Assembly (NCBI GenBank): GCA_030295235.1
Contig: AP026164.1
Location: forward strand, 1 to 64,000
Source of the DNA: Fistulifera solaris
Lineage: Eukaryota
Length of the DNA stretch: 64,000 nucleotides
Direction of reading: 5' to 3'
Shown: in pieces, positions 11,945 through 24,477 of the stretch
Numbering within the stretch: the first letter of the stretch is position 1
Layout of the letters: each line of letters opens with the position of its first letter
The notes under the pieces: model-generated
The model's input: only the letters and a program-made list of their open reading frames with translations
Database searches by the model: none
Told to the model about the DNA's origin: nothing
Position numbers and translations under genes: made by a program

Positions 11945-13674
11945 TTACTGTCGCTTGCTGACCGTAATGCGATCATCAATTCGTAAAATAGTAATGGCAG
12001 CCTCTGTGGCAAAGCGCAATGACTTGATCTTGGAAATGGCCGGTTCTACTACGCCAGCGGCGAGGTTGTCTCGAAGTGTACCTTCGAACAAATCCAACCC
12101 CATATGATATTTGCCCTGGGCATGGTGACTGCGCAATTGTGCAACGAGATCAGAGCTATCCAACCCCGCATTGATCGCGAGCTGCTTAGGAATCACCAAG
12201 ACCGCATCTGCGAATTCCAAAAGGCGACTTGCTCACGCGAACTCATGGTACAAGCGTGTTCCTGCAAAAAGACACTCAATGCGGCTTCCACAGCTCCACC
12301 GCCCGGAACCAGGCTATTTGATTCCAACAGACGTTTGACGACACAAGCAGCATCATGCAATGCGCGATCAATTTCGTCCAACATGTATTCATTGGCACCA
12401 CGCAAGAGAACTGTACTGGCACCAGCACCTTTGCATTCATGAAACTGCAAGACTTCAGTATCGCCAACTTTGACTTCTTGCACAAATTGGCATTCTCCAA
12501 GGTTTGCCGGATCGACGGATTCGTTTCCTTCCATATCAGCGAATGTCGTCATAATGGAAGCTCCGGTTGCCTTGGCAAGACGTTGCAATTCCACCAGAGG
12601 CACGCGACGCGCACAGAGAGCCCCTGCCTCCACGAAATACTTCATAGCAATATCGTCGATACCTTTCGTGGTCAAGATGACCTTGGCTCCCGCTTCCAAT
12701 ATCATTTGAATTTTCTGCTTGACCAAGTCCATCTCGTGCTGCTTAATACGTTCGACTTCCTTGGGATCAGTCACTTGCATTTGAACTCCCATTCCCATAC
12801 GATGACGTTGCAGATTCATATCCAAAAGCGCGATTTTTACACCACCTTCCAAGTAAGTGGGCATACCCTGCGCTGCTCGACTGGTGTCAATGCAAAAGCC
12901 ACGTGGCAACAATTGACTATCTAATGAGCTTTTCCCGTGCACTTTGACGATGTGCAATGCTCCCAGAGGATACTTAGTGACTCTATTCTTCTCAGTAGCA
13001 AGTGCTTGAACAGCTTGCACAGCCATTCGCGCAAAGAATCCATCTTCTCCGCCGATTAATTTACTGGAGAGACTGGTCCGTGCAGCTTGCACTAGATGTT
13101 CATCCGACAAAGACGACGTTTGAACGAGCAAATCGGATTTTTTGAGGTAACCAATAGCGGCTTTGAGCGCTTGACGATATCCCGTAATGACCGCAGTGGG
13201 ATGCAAAGAGTTTTTGCTAATCAAATCCTGCGCTCGTCGCAAAAGCTCGGCAGCCAACAACACGACAGACGTCGTTCCGTCCCCCACTTCCTTGTCTTGC
13301 AAAGACGCCAGATCGACCAAAAGACGTGCGGCGGGATGATCGATCGACAACTGCGACAAAATAGTGGCTCCGTCGTTGGTAATCGTCACATCACCGATGT
13401 CATCAACTAACATTTTATCAAGTCCGGTAGGACCGAGACTACTTTTGACAATGTTTGCGACCGCAATTGCGGCTGTGACATTCGATTGACGCACTTCCAT
13501 GCCTTGTTCGCGAGAGCCTCCGAGAAACTACACAAATGAAGGAAAGAACGAAAGAAAGAAGGTAAGATAATATCTGAGATTGATGTGCATCCACTGGTCA
13601 ACCGAATTTACATTCATGCATCGACTTACCAAGCCTGTTCCCGACGCCGTAGCACCGTCATAATTCCCTGGCAT
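11945..13674 (-). CDS. CCT1: T-complex protein 1 subunit alpha; exon 1 13630-13674, intron 13528-13629, homopolymer frameshift near 12220
   Basis: Motifs NIVKSSLGPTGLDKMLVDDIGDVTITNDGATIL, EVGDGTTSVV, VPGGGAVEAAL and KIKSLRFATEAAITILRIDD. GTAAGT...TAG intron. Confidence 0.95.
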
Positions 13675-14360
13675 GATAAGTAATAGCTTAAATAGTAAAA
13701 TAAAGTGTTAAAGCGAAGAACGTTGAGTAAAAAGTAATAAAGGACACAATGCTCATTGTAACACTTCTCGGTTGTTATTATGTTACTCCGTATGTTTGTA
13801 GGTGGACGTCGTACAGACCGAAGTTAACTCGATGGGCGGCTGACGGGCGGGATTGCGGTCTGAAGTTCAATAAGTATGCGACGTGCAAGCCGCCATTTAG
13901 ATTCATGCAAGTCTAATCTAACCGGAACACATTTTAAAATGTAATCCAGTGTGTAATTACTTTAGAACAGCAGGCTTCAGCAGTCTAGCTCTACTCTAGC
14001 AGCCTGGCTCAGAAGGATTTTGATTCATGACTGAAATGCAGTCGCTGCAAAATGTCGTTTACACAAAGTTTCTATAGTAATGACAGAAAGCGATGGTCCG
14101 GATGACATCAATTGCCTAACTTTACACCACCCATGATTTCTTATTGTTGTTAATGTGTCGGACGACTTTTACGCCGACGGTAGCACTTGACTAAGCCCAG
14201 AGCAAGAAGGCCTAAGCTCGTGAGGGTTCGCGCTTCATCATAATCAACACCCGCCTAGAAAGTTAAGTACAACAAGCGTTGCAACTTTATCACTACCTGT
14301 ACTTATTTACGTATTACTTGAATATACACGTGGAATTAGACTTCGTTTCCCCTTCGTTGT

Positions 14361-15786
14361 TTACCCCTCAGCCTGCTTCAATTGTTGCTTAAAGGTTTGT
14401 ACAGCCGGAATCTGGTTGGCTACCGGTACACGGACAAAATCACTGTAATACGCTCGCCAGTTCTGATTTTTCTTGAGCTGATCGGCTTTCTTGGGTCGTC
14501 CGTAATCATCATTCTCTACCACACGAGCATGTTGGGCTTTCATAAAGTGATCGAAATAATGCTTGTACGACGCTTCATCGTGATTCACTCCCAACAAGTT
14601 GTCTAACGTCGTCTTTGTGAAAGGAACGCTCTCGTCCATCGCATCGAGGTCTTCGGGACTCGACGCCGCAACGAGGGAGCAAATTAAATAAAAACCTTTG
14701 GTAAAGGGCAACGCCATTCCTTGGTCACGTAAGACTTCCGCAGCTTCGTCCGCAAAGTCGTCACACTCCGAGCAATAAGGCGCTACCTCCTCGACGTCTT
14801 TCATCCATTCGACTTCCGCATCGGTATCAGAACAAGAAAGAAAAAGTCATTGGATTTTGTGCCGGATTCAGCCGATTGATTAACAGCTTAGTAATTCCTT
14901 CTTTGGCGAGAAGACCCCCGTTGGGTGTACCGTCGCAAAGAGATAGCGCGCGATACTTCGATTCGCCCCCATTGCAAAAAGACTCTTGCAATTTTTCAAA
15001 CACCGGTGTACCTCCCATGGGCCCTCTTTGAAAGCAGGCATCGATTTGACGATACGCGTCAACCAGAAACGACTTAGGATCCCGACCTAGTCTCTTCAAC
15101 GAGACCCGATCTGGGCGATTGAGAAAACAAACTTGAATTTCCTGAAACGGAACGTACGCCAAGATTTCCAGCATCTCCTTCAATCGAGCATGTGCTTCTT
15201 GCCAGCGTGTTTGCGTCTGTTTCGTGGCCGTCAGTGTATCCGATAAAAGCGTCATCGAGCCGCTATCGTCAACCATGAATTCCAACACCTCAAATTCACT
15301 CAACATCATGAGTTTATTCATCAATCCCATCGGTACTTCGTATTTATTCAAAACACTCCCGAGTTCATCAACCATAGTATCCGGTTGCATTCCAGCTTCC
15401 ATAGATATTTCCGGTTCTTGCATCATTTCAATTGTAGCGTTCGTACTTTCACTAAGAGCGAATTCCTTTCCCCCGGAAGAAGCTACACTTGCTTCATTAA
15501 GAGCTTCATGATCTTCCATGTTTGTTACAACAGGCAAAGCAACGTTAGCGTTCGCTACCGTTGTCGCCGGCTTTCCTTCCGTTGCTTCTTTCCATTTCTT
15601 AAATTCCGGGTTGAGCTTCATCACACCATCAATACGAACATATTTCTTTGGAGGCGTAGAAGATGCACTCCCTGTATAAGATGTTGTTGCTGCTGTCATC
15701 GACACAGCAGGGTTGTAAGGTGGGGGATTGCTAGATGCCGGAGGAGGAGGATTATTCAGGGCTTGCGAAAACGGATTGTAAACCAT
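14361..15786 (-). CDS. von Willebrand factor A domain protein with Pro-rich N-terminus (frameshift near 14842)
   Basis: MIDAS-like FMVDDSGSM, TRWQE, GGTP and DGTPNG. Continues into ORF 14361-14804 (…SCSDTDAEVEWMKDVEE) across a T-run. Confidence 0.75.
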
Positions 15787-16546
15787 TTTTGTGCTTTTAA
15801 ATTGCTCAGCGCAGTATAAAGGTACCGACAAGAAGATTTGACTTGTAATTATAAATAATGTGATCTTGACTTCAAGTTTTGTTGTTTTACCAGGTATTTT
15901 GTAATGAAAGTGTCGAAGTCGACGATCGAGGAAACGAGAGTTCGCAAAGCTCGCAACATCATCTTGCGCAAACGCAACAAAACACTCAGAAGCTCGATTA
16001 AAAAGAAGGCAATCCCAAGACCCAAATGACAAACACGACTGACTCAGCCTACGTGCAACCGTCGACCGTCTCATGAGGTCATGAACTGCAGGCTGCAGGT
16101 ACATGTTTAGTAGTCAGTAGTCTTGACTTTTGTGAGTGCTCTCTCTACACTCCACGCTACAGAGTAAAAGGCGATGGGGAGTGAGTAGTGAACAGTGCCA
16201 CGTAGGCCATAAAAGTCATTCGTTGCACTACAAGGCTCTATACTACGTTTTCAAAAACAACTGCTTCTTTCTCGTCATTTACAGTACAGTATTATTTTTT
16301 CTCCTCGCAGCTCTTTTTCTCCTTTCGTCGTCAACAGAATACCAGGTAGACAACCTCCCTCGCAACTCTCAACCATCAAAGCATCACACGAATCTGACAT
16401 CCATCAGCATCACCTTTCCATTATCAAATTATTAACGACACTTCAAGCAAGCAGTCTCTAAATCTGCTCCTTACTACCTTCTCAACAGCGCTTGCTCATT
16501 GTCTTTCAACGTTCCCTTCCTCTCAATATCTTTTGCAACACAGGCA

Positions 16547-18106
16547 ATGGTATGCGTAGGGCGTGTATTCCTTTTCGGAGTTGCCTTATCGATCTTTCTC
16601 GCAACAGGCAGCTTTGCTTCTTCTAACGTGGAAACGGAATCGCCTTTCTGGATTGTGATTGATGGCGGTTCGACCGGCAGTCGATTGCACATTTTCGAGT
16701 TTATTGATGATCGTGTCGAGCGACGAGGATCTTCACGAGCAAATTTCCCATTGAGCGCATTCGGTCGTACCGGAGAGGATCTGTTAAAGCCTTTGAATGC
16801 AACAAAAGTAGCAGAGCATTTGTTGCCGACTTTTGTGTTTGCTGCTGAAAAAATTCCCAAGCAATATCATGCGTCGACGCCAGTTTATTATCAAGCTACG
16901 GCAGGGATGCGTTTGTTAGACGACACTGAACAAGAAGCCTTGTACGATGCTTTGTATCAGGGACTCGTTGAATCGCCCGATTTCATGTTTTCCAATCTAC
17001 AACGAGAAAACATTGCTACTTTGTCTGGCGAAGCGGAGGGATTCTATGGAGCTGTCGCAGCAAATTATTTACAAGGAACAATTGATGTTGATTTGAATTT
17101 TATTGCAACAGATGCTGCCCCTATAGGGGCTTTGGATATGGGAGGATCGTCGACACAGATTGTATTTCTACCTTCACTTTCGTCGGGTTCATCAACCCCC
17201 GACAATTATTGGAGATCTTGTGTCAGTGATGATCTCATGACGCATGAACCGATTCTAATTGAGGCTGCTTTACAGGATTGTCACAAGGCGCAGTCATCGA
17301 ATGAGTTGCCTTCTCGCTTGAATGGGCCCGACTTTTTTGCTACATCGTACTTATCCTATGGCGTCGAGAAATTTAGGGAAAGATTATGGACTTTATGGGT
17401 CAAGGAACATGTGGAAAACATTAAACCGAATGAATGCGACTTGGGAGTTGTCGAAAATCCGTGCCTGTTTCCGGGCTACTCTATCGAATGGATGGGACAC
17501 ACATTGAAAGGAACTGGAGATGCTGGCAAATGTATTGAGCAAGTCAAACGACTGATACCACATCCCCATCAGCCGGATCACGATCATAAACTTGGAACGC
17601 ACGTTGGAGGCGTAGAACATCCGCAAGTGCAAGGAAAGTTCCTTGCAATGTCACTCTACTTTTTTACGCTGGATAGTTTACGAGTCCTCAGTGGGCACGA
17701 AGCGTTGGAGTTGTCTTGGCCCTCACCTAGTATCGCTGAACTTTATGACGCTTTGCCAGGACTTTGTAGTCGCGAATGGCATACTGATTTGTCAATCAAT
17801 GGCAAGCATGAGTTCACGTCTGATGATGTATTACCGCACCGATGTTTGGAAAGCGTGTATCTGGTGACCCTTCTTCGTGATGGCTTCGGCTTTTCGATGG
17901 ACTCACGAGACATTACCTTCACCTTCCTTGTTGATGGAAACGAGGTTGAATGGGGTTTGGGCATGGTATTAAGTCTACATGCTGCACAACACGCCCGTCA
18001 TGAAATGGAGCAAGAAGATGATAGTAATTCGACACATCGTCGGGCTACAATCCCGAAAGTGGGACAATATCTTTGGGAATTTCTGACAGAGAACTTTCTC
18101 TCGTGA
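16547..18106 (+). CDS. GDA1/CD39 family apyrase (NTPDase)
   Basis: All five apyrase conserved regions are present: IDGGSTGSRLHIF, ATAGMRLL, SGEAEGFYG, DMGGSSTQI and EWGLG. Hydrophobic N-terminus. Confidence 0.92.
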   Translation: MVCVGRVFLFGVALSIFLATGSFASSNVETESPFWIVIDGGSTGSRLHIFEFIDDRVERRGSSRANFPLSAFGRTGEDLLKPLNATKVAEHLLPTFVFAAEKIPKQYHASTPVYYQATAGMRLLDDTEQEALYDALYQGLVESPDFMFSNLQRENIATLSGEAEGFYGAVAANYLQGTIDVDLNFIATDAAPIGALDMGGSSTQIVFLPSLSSGSSTPDNYWRSCVSDDLMTHEPILIEAALQDCHKAQSSNELPSRLNGPDFFATSYLSYGVEKFRERLWTLWVKEHVENIKPNECDLGVVENPCLFPGYSIEWMGHTLKGTGDAGKCIEQVKRLIPHPHQPDHDHKLGTHVGGVEHPQVQGKFLAMSLYFFTLDSLRVLSGHEALELSWPSPSIAELYDALPGLCSREWHTDLSINGKHEFTSDDVLPHRCLESVYLVTLLRDGFGFSMDSRDITFTFLVDGNEVEWGLGMVLSLHAAQHARHEMEQEDDSNSTHRRATIPKVGQYLWEFLTENFLS

Positions 18107-18814
18107 GAATCGTCGCCAGTCTTTGAACTGTACAGGTCTATTTAGAACAAAACACTGCAGATTGTTTTATATCGCGTTACTTCAACAGTGCAAACAATCT
18201 GAGCTCCTGTGTAACGACGAGTGGCAGATGACATTTCGGCACTGTTTTCTTGTGTCGTGCACACTTTGGTCGGCAAATGTTTGAGTAACAAACATTTATC
18301 CGCGATGCATAATTTGCGAACCAATGAAATTACAGTTAGTTCTTTTGTTTATCCGTATACTTCTCAGATTGCCACACGATGATCCAGGTTGGTAGTTAGT
18401 TGTTAGTTGCTGTAACCTTAGCTGTCTGTCTGTTGTCCTAGTTTGACAAACTGTCGCGCATTGCGCGCGCAGGCAGCCGCAGGATTGGCCGTCTGGCCTC
18501 ATTCCGTTCTCTACTGAACGTTTACGGACACGTGGCACTTCCGGCTTCCGGATCGTTTATACCACACAGCTGCGTACATTCAGTATTACAGTCGTGGGTC
18601 TTGGGTCATTCCACGCGCGCCGCTCCTCATCGCCAGATACGAAATTACTCTAAGCTATGATGTAGTCTTGCGTCCGCGTACCTCACCGAAAAAGATCGCA
18701 GACCGCAGACGCAAACGCGAAATAATCGATCCGCTGCAGCTATACAAAGTATTATTGTTGTTGCGCCTCCTTTTCATCCAACAATAACATTCTATCTTTC
18801 ACACAATTATCACA

Positions 18815-19468
18815 ATGAAGTGGACTATTGCTACATTCATCGGCGCTGCTGCCGTTGCTCAAGCCATTGAGCTCACTCCGGAGAACTTTGACGCTGAGAC
18901 AGCCGGAAAGACTGTGTTTATCAAATACTTCGCTCCTTGGTGCGGTCATTGCAAGAAATTAAAGCCCGATTGGGACAAGTTGATGGAAGAATTCAACAGT
19001 AATCCCACTCAGCTTATCGCTGATGTTGATTGTACTGCTGAAGGAAAGCCTTTGTGTGATGCTGTCGGCGTCCGAGGTTACCCGACTCTCAAATGGGGAG
19101 ATCCGTCGGCCTTGGAGGACTACCAAGGAGGACGTGATTACGAGACTTTGAAGGCCTTTGCCGAGAAGAACTTGAAGCCTGTATGCAGCCCTGCTAACAT
19201 TGACTTGTGCGACGCTGACAAGAAGGCTCAAATCGAGAAGCTCTTGGCCATGCCTGATGCCGAGTTAGAGAAGTCCATTCAAGAGAATGTTGACGCCATG
19301 AAGAAGATCGAAGATGAGTTCAACGAGTTTGTTCAAGGTCTACAAAAGCAATACCAAGATGCCACCTCGAAGAAGGAAGCCGACTTGGCTGCCATCAAGG
19401 ACTCTGGTTTCGGCTTGATGAAGGCGGTCAAGGCGCACAAAGCTAAGGGTGCCAAGGATGAGTTGTAA
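18815..19468 (+). CDS. ER protein disulfide isomerase-like protein (single thioredoxin domain + coiled coil)
   Basis: Signal peptide, FAPWCGHCKKL, VRGYPTLK and C-terminal KDEL. Confidence 0.92.
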   Translation: MKWTIATFIGAAAVAQAIELTPENFDAETAGKTVFIKYFAPWCGHCKKLKPDWDKLMEEFNSNPTQLIADVDCTAEGKPLCDAVGVRGYPTLKWGDPSALEDYQGGRDYETLKAFAEKNLKPVCSPANIDLCDADKKAQIEKLLAMPDAELEKSIQENVDAMKKIEDEFNEFVQGLQKQYQDATSKKEADLAAIKDSGFGLMKAVKAHKAKGAKDEL

Positions 19469-20759
19469 GATTGCATTGAAATAGTCTTAACGGATAGTCA
19501 AAGAATCAAAATAAACCTTTGGGTTCATGACATGTTTGCTGAACGATTCCTGCGCGTGTTAGCTACGCTATCGTAATCGCAAATGAACGTTAGAATCGAA
19601 AAAGAAATATGCGACCTGATATCATTTAATATACTAGCCTAGATCCATGGTGCGGATATTGATATTCGACATCAGTTGGAGTGAGCGGGTCGTTGAGTTA
19701 GGTAATCATGATGAAGTTCTGATGATGTTCTTCCGATAAAAGATTCTCCATCAGAAGAAATTGGGCTGTAATCGAAGGAGCACCAGTCACAGCTCTATTC
19801 TCTTGGAAGACTCACGACCATCGACTACTAAACAAGCGCCCTGGTTGAATACATCAATAATGTACAACCCGCGAAACATTTCAGCAATGTTTCTTTGCGT
19901 TGTTGTGGCCATTGCGCGTATCGGCCTGATCAAGTTGTGACGCGGTAGCATTGTCGTTACATCATTGATGCGTATCAAGTTGGAAGCACTTAAGACACTG
20001 CTCTCCTTATTCGACGGCTAGTCAACTCTACTATATTGCTTACTCCGTGACGTGAACTACCGACGAGAAATACGAGCGAGGAATGGAAAGCTTAATAGCC
20101 TTACATCATTTTTTGACGTCTTGAAGAAACTTTCGTCATTGTCATTCAAGCAGCAATATTCCAAAGAAGCAGATAGTCGTCAAGTCGAATCCCTACTTTC
20201 TCGTAGCGCTCTCGAACCTCAACGATACCACGATAAATTCTCCACAGCAAGACGCACGTCGTTGTTGTGTGAAAGCTCTGCAAATCGTCATGCTGATTTT
20301 GTCACTTGATTTATTGTCGACAAAGGTAACTTCATATCAACTTTCTAGTTCATTTGTTGTTTTGCTTAAACATGACGTCGCATCAGTCTCAGACACGGTC
20401 TCATGGTTATTGCGTTCATTACTGTGGTCATCTGTCTCTATGACCTCAATGCTCTCTGCCGAACAGAGAATGTTCTCCCCCTCATAGTCAGGGCGCCTTC
20501 GCCTTTCTTGACGTTCGTAACCACCTCCTTTGGGAACAGAATCACCTTGTTTATTGCTAGCAAAGATTCGACTGTTGTTGATGATAATAATTGATAATTG
20601 ACTCCATTAAAAAAATGAAAAACGAGTCAGTCCCGACAATGAGTCCCGTATCCCGTGCAATCAATCAGCAATCAGCAATCAGACAATCAGCAATCAGTAA
20701 CCTTAATAGAAAAAGATAGTACTGAATTTTGAGAGTTCAAATACCACAACGACACTTTA

Positions 20760-22089
20760 CACGGACACGGGACAAGACCTTATTATTACCTGGTACACAA
20801 AACATCATTGCATGTTTTTTTTTCTTTCCATCCCCATTTCGCGAGAATGCAATGCATCCACCGCGAGCTTATTTCTTACCAAATCAAAGAGCTTCTGACT
20901 AGCCTTCTGATTGCATCAAATATATTATTTTTCAATGTCGCATCAAGAGATTCAACAGTACATCCGCAATTTGGCGAGTGATGACGACCATGTTCGTGAA
21001 ATCGCCGTCGTGGCTCTCGGTGAGATCGCAGACGAATCCATTGAGGGTCGCAATTTGGTCTTGCAGGCGGGTGCTATGCAAGCAGTACTCTCACAGATCC
21101 ATGAGAAGTCTACCTTGCGCATGGTTCGCGAAGGCTACCCTGACTTTGTCTGCGTTCTGTGACAGGAAGCCCCACATAGCCTTCGAGTTGGTTCGTCTTG
21201 TACTGCCTTACTTGATACAACTAATCCACAATGGGGATCCAGTAATTATGACTGATGCTTGTTGGACGCTCAATTACATCGTGGCTAGCGCTCCTGAGGA
21301 ATATAAGCAAGCAGTTGTCGATGCCGGAATCATTTCCCAGCTGCTTGCCCTCGTTTTGCATACCCCGTAAGTACTTTCTGGCCACACAAGTTCACAATCA
21401 TCAGCTGCCGCTATTTTGTCTCACTCTTGCCCGTCTTTAGCGTGGATATTCAGACCCCGGCACTCATGACTATCGCAGGCATTACTAGCGGCAATGATTT
21501 ACAAACGCAGTATGTTGTCGATAGTAACGCTCTCCCTTGTCTATTGGGTCTTCTCTCGAATCCTCATTCGGATATCCGCAAGACATCATGCACTGCTATC
21601 TCGAACATTACAGCGGGGACTGTGCAACAAATTCAAGCTGTTATTGATTCGCACATCATCTTTCCGCTGATTCAGCTTCTCAGCAGTGCCGAGTTTGGGG
21701 AACGCAAACAAGCCGCTTTTGCCATCTCCAACGCCATTGGTGGAGGAAACCAGCAACAGATCTTGTTTATCGTGAACGAGGGCTGCATGTCGTCCGCTAT
21801 GCGATCTGTTGACAGTTGCTGATGATCAGGTTGTGATGATGACCCTCGATTCCTTGGAGAAAGTTTTGATGGTTGGTGACGAAGAACCTCGACGACTCCT
21901 GATCGCAGCTCAAGGTCTGATTAAAATGGAGAGACTCCAAATGACTTCTTGCAATGACATTATTTCCAAAAAGGCCCATGAGATAATGCTAATGTACTTC
22001 GAAAGTGAAGTAGAAGAAGTTTCCGAAGACGACCTGATTGCTGAAATTGAGCAAGAAGGCAATTTCACGGGAAATGTGGATGCTGAAGA
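20760..22089 (+). repeat. Left arm of a ~1.33 kb inverted repeat
   Basis: From acggacacgggacaagacc to aatttcacgggaaatgtggatgctgaaga; reverse complement of ~32385-33718. Confidence 0.92.
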
Positions 22090-22117
22090 ACATGGAGAGA
22101 CTCCTGTCGCATCCTAG
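20935..22117 (+). pseudogene. Truncated, divergent importin-alpha-like gene, copy A (intron 21367-21440; frameshifts near 21130 and 21790); may be functional if the indels are errors
   Basis: ARM repeats VREIAVVALGEIA, DACWTLNYI, AVVDAGI, TSGNDLQTQYVV, ISNITAGTVQQIQAVID and AISNAIGGG..QI.FIVNEGC..LCDLL, matching importin-alpha from about ARM3 to the C-terminus. Confidence 0.85.
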
Positions 22118-22564
22118 CAACTACATTTTCAAAAAAAGCCAAAGATATGATGCTAATGCTCTTTACCCAAATCACAATTTCATGGGAGATGCGGTGATGC
22201 ATGCCGAACGAAAACTACCACAAGAATAGATAGCATAATATTTCCAATATCTAACAAACACAAATCTCTATATTTTGTACTGTCTTCGTAAATACAATTG
22301 TGAAAGATAACATTCATGGCGGAAATGTTTGCAAATGAAGTTGAATTCTGTTTGACAACGCTATGAGAGCACCAAAGCACACGTTTTATCTCCGGTGCAA
22401 AAGACACTGGCGGCAATCTTTCTTGGGTTTGACAGAAAGTATCCGAAACATGTCTCAGCATCTTCATAAAAATTGACCACATGGACAAGAAAATCGCCAA
22501 AGGAGCGAAACTCACAGTTGATTGCTACGTCGATACGGGTCACGCGCTGGTTGCAATGACGCCA

Positions 22565-23250
22565 CTTTGCAAAGTGGTTCCGTCTATGCGAGACCATCTC
22601 ATCGAATCGAGACAAGGAACGGCGACTGTAGCGTCATCAAGCGACGACTCGGTAGCACCATAAACCATGAAAGACTACATGCTCTTAGAAAGCACCGGGC
22701 GCAGCAAACCTTCAGTAAATATTTCTGAAAAACGAGCGCGACCGAAGTCCCTCCCAGTCTAACACTATCGAAATCGAGTTCGTCCACAAAGCTAATTTTC
22801 AGCGACTTTTCGCAGAAATCTTCATCAGAATTAATTATCGCGAGATAAGATTTGGCTGCTGTACAATTATCATGACAGATCAGCCATCAGTCGACACTTA
22901 CCGAAGCCGCTTTGCAAAGTGGTTCCGTCTAAGCAAGAGCTCCTCATCGAATCGAGACAAGGAACGGAAATTGTTGCGTCATCAAGCGACGACCCGGTAG
23001 CGCCATGAAAGACCACATGCTCATAGAAAGTACCGAGCGCAGCAAACCTTGAGTAATACTCTCTTAAAACGAGCGACCGAAGGCCCTCCCAGTCAAACAC
23101 TATCGAAATCGAGTTCATGCCATAAAGCTAATTTTCGGCGACTTTTCGCAGAACTTTTCATCAGAATTAATGATCGCGAGCTTAGAATTGACTGCTGTAC
23201 AATCATCATGACAGATAAGATAAGAGATCAGCCTTCAGTCGACACTCTTA
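22565..23250. repeat. Tandem duplication of ~345 bp
   Basis: ctttgcaaagtggttccgtct…cagtcgacact at ~22565-22900 and ~22910-23250, moderately diverged. Confidence 0.85.
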
Positions 23251-24477
23251 CTGATATTTTATGATTGTAGTCCATGTCGGTACATCCAAGCGATTCGACG
23301 TGTGGGCGATATATGATAAGAAGTCTAATATCGTATAAAACGTTTACTAGTCAAGAAGAATAAGCTCTCCGGTGCTCTCTGTGGTATCCATTTACCTGGT
23401 ACAGGACATAATATGATCCGAGTTACCCCTGATAGAGAAACACCATATGCTAAGTATCGTGCGTGTTACTTAGGTATTCAAACCATGCTAACGTTACACG
23501 AGCGTTAATTTAGCCGTTGGAAGTATATGTTTCAGCGATGCCCTTCATTCATTATTTATTTGTGACAAGAGACAAGAAGCCAAAACGCGACCGCAACAAC
23601 GCGCGCAGAACAAGAAAAATCATCAAAATGATCGCATTGTTGTTGCATCTCTTCCCCTTTACAAATCATCATTTATCGTTCGAATATTTACTATACTGAC
23701 TGCGCAGAGAAATGAAAGCATTAAGCTATCGACTTCGCAAGAAGAAGCTGCAGGCAAAGCACGCCTTCGTCATCAGAAAGAATCATCGCGGAAGCACGCT
23801 CCTTTCGGAACTGTCGTCGCAGGCGGCGAAAGCTTCCGTGTCTCGCTTGATCGCCAGCCGTCCTTCCGAACAAGCTCATCAGCTCTTTTGCAAATCGATG
23901 AATTGCTTCAGGTCGGGACGCAGGATGATTTGTTGGCGGCCGTCGATTCCCTCAAAACTCTTTTCGCACGGTGTGTGCGCTCTCGAGAAAGCTTTTGATA
24001 TGGCTCGGAAAGAGAACTTGGAATGCTCGCTACTTCAGAATAAGTTGTTGATTCGTTTTCTATCGGGATGCATGCGCTACCGTCGTGATCCAAAAACCCG
24101 GTATATTGCTATGACAGCCATGAACTGTATGAGAGACTGCTCCCATGCCTTGAAATAAACAAAAGCAGTCTCACTTGCTTTCGGAACTCTATTGTCGGAT
24201 TTGTAACGTTCGGTTTTTCGATGTTCTTTGAGGTTCTGCCGATCGATGCATTGGTTGAGAAGTTGTTTTGAGACTTTGTTCGAATCTTTCTACGTTACCA
24301 GAAGGAACTTCAGCGTTACTTCCAGGCCATTAGTTGCGTCCCGATCCGGCACCACCTTGGTGAATAACCAGATTGGCACACAAAGCAACTGGTTGAGGCT
24401 CTGTGGTAGCATTGACTGGACATTCTGGTGGTCTCGTTGTAAAGTTCCAGAGCTAAATCTCTTGCTATCTTAACAAT

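Noticed and set aside
19700..19730. C/D-box snoRNA (ATGATGA…CTGA)
   Set aside because: The boxes are too close together and there is no terminal stem or recognisable guide. No tRNA or rRNA genes were recognised anywhere in the window.
19600..20600. Decayed minus-strand gene between PDI and the island
   Set aside because: Only short stop-riddled frames with no recognisable motif.
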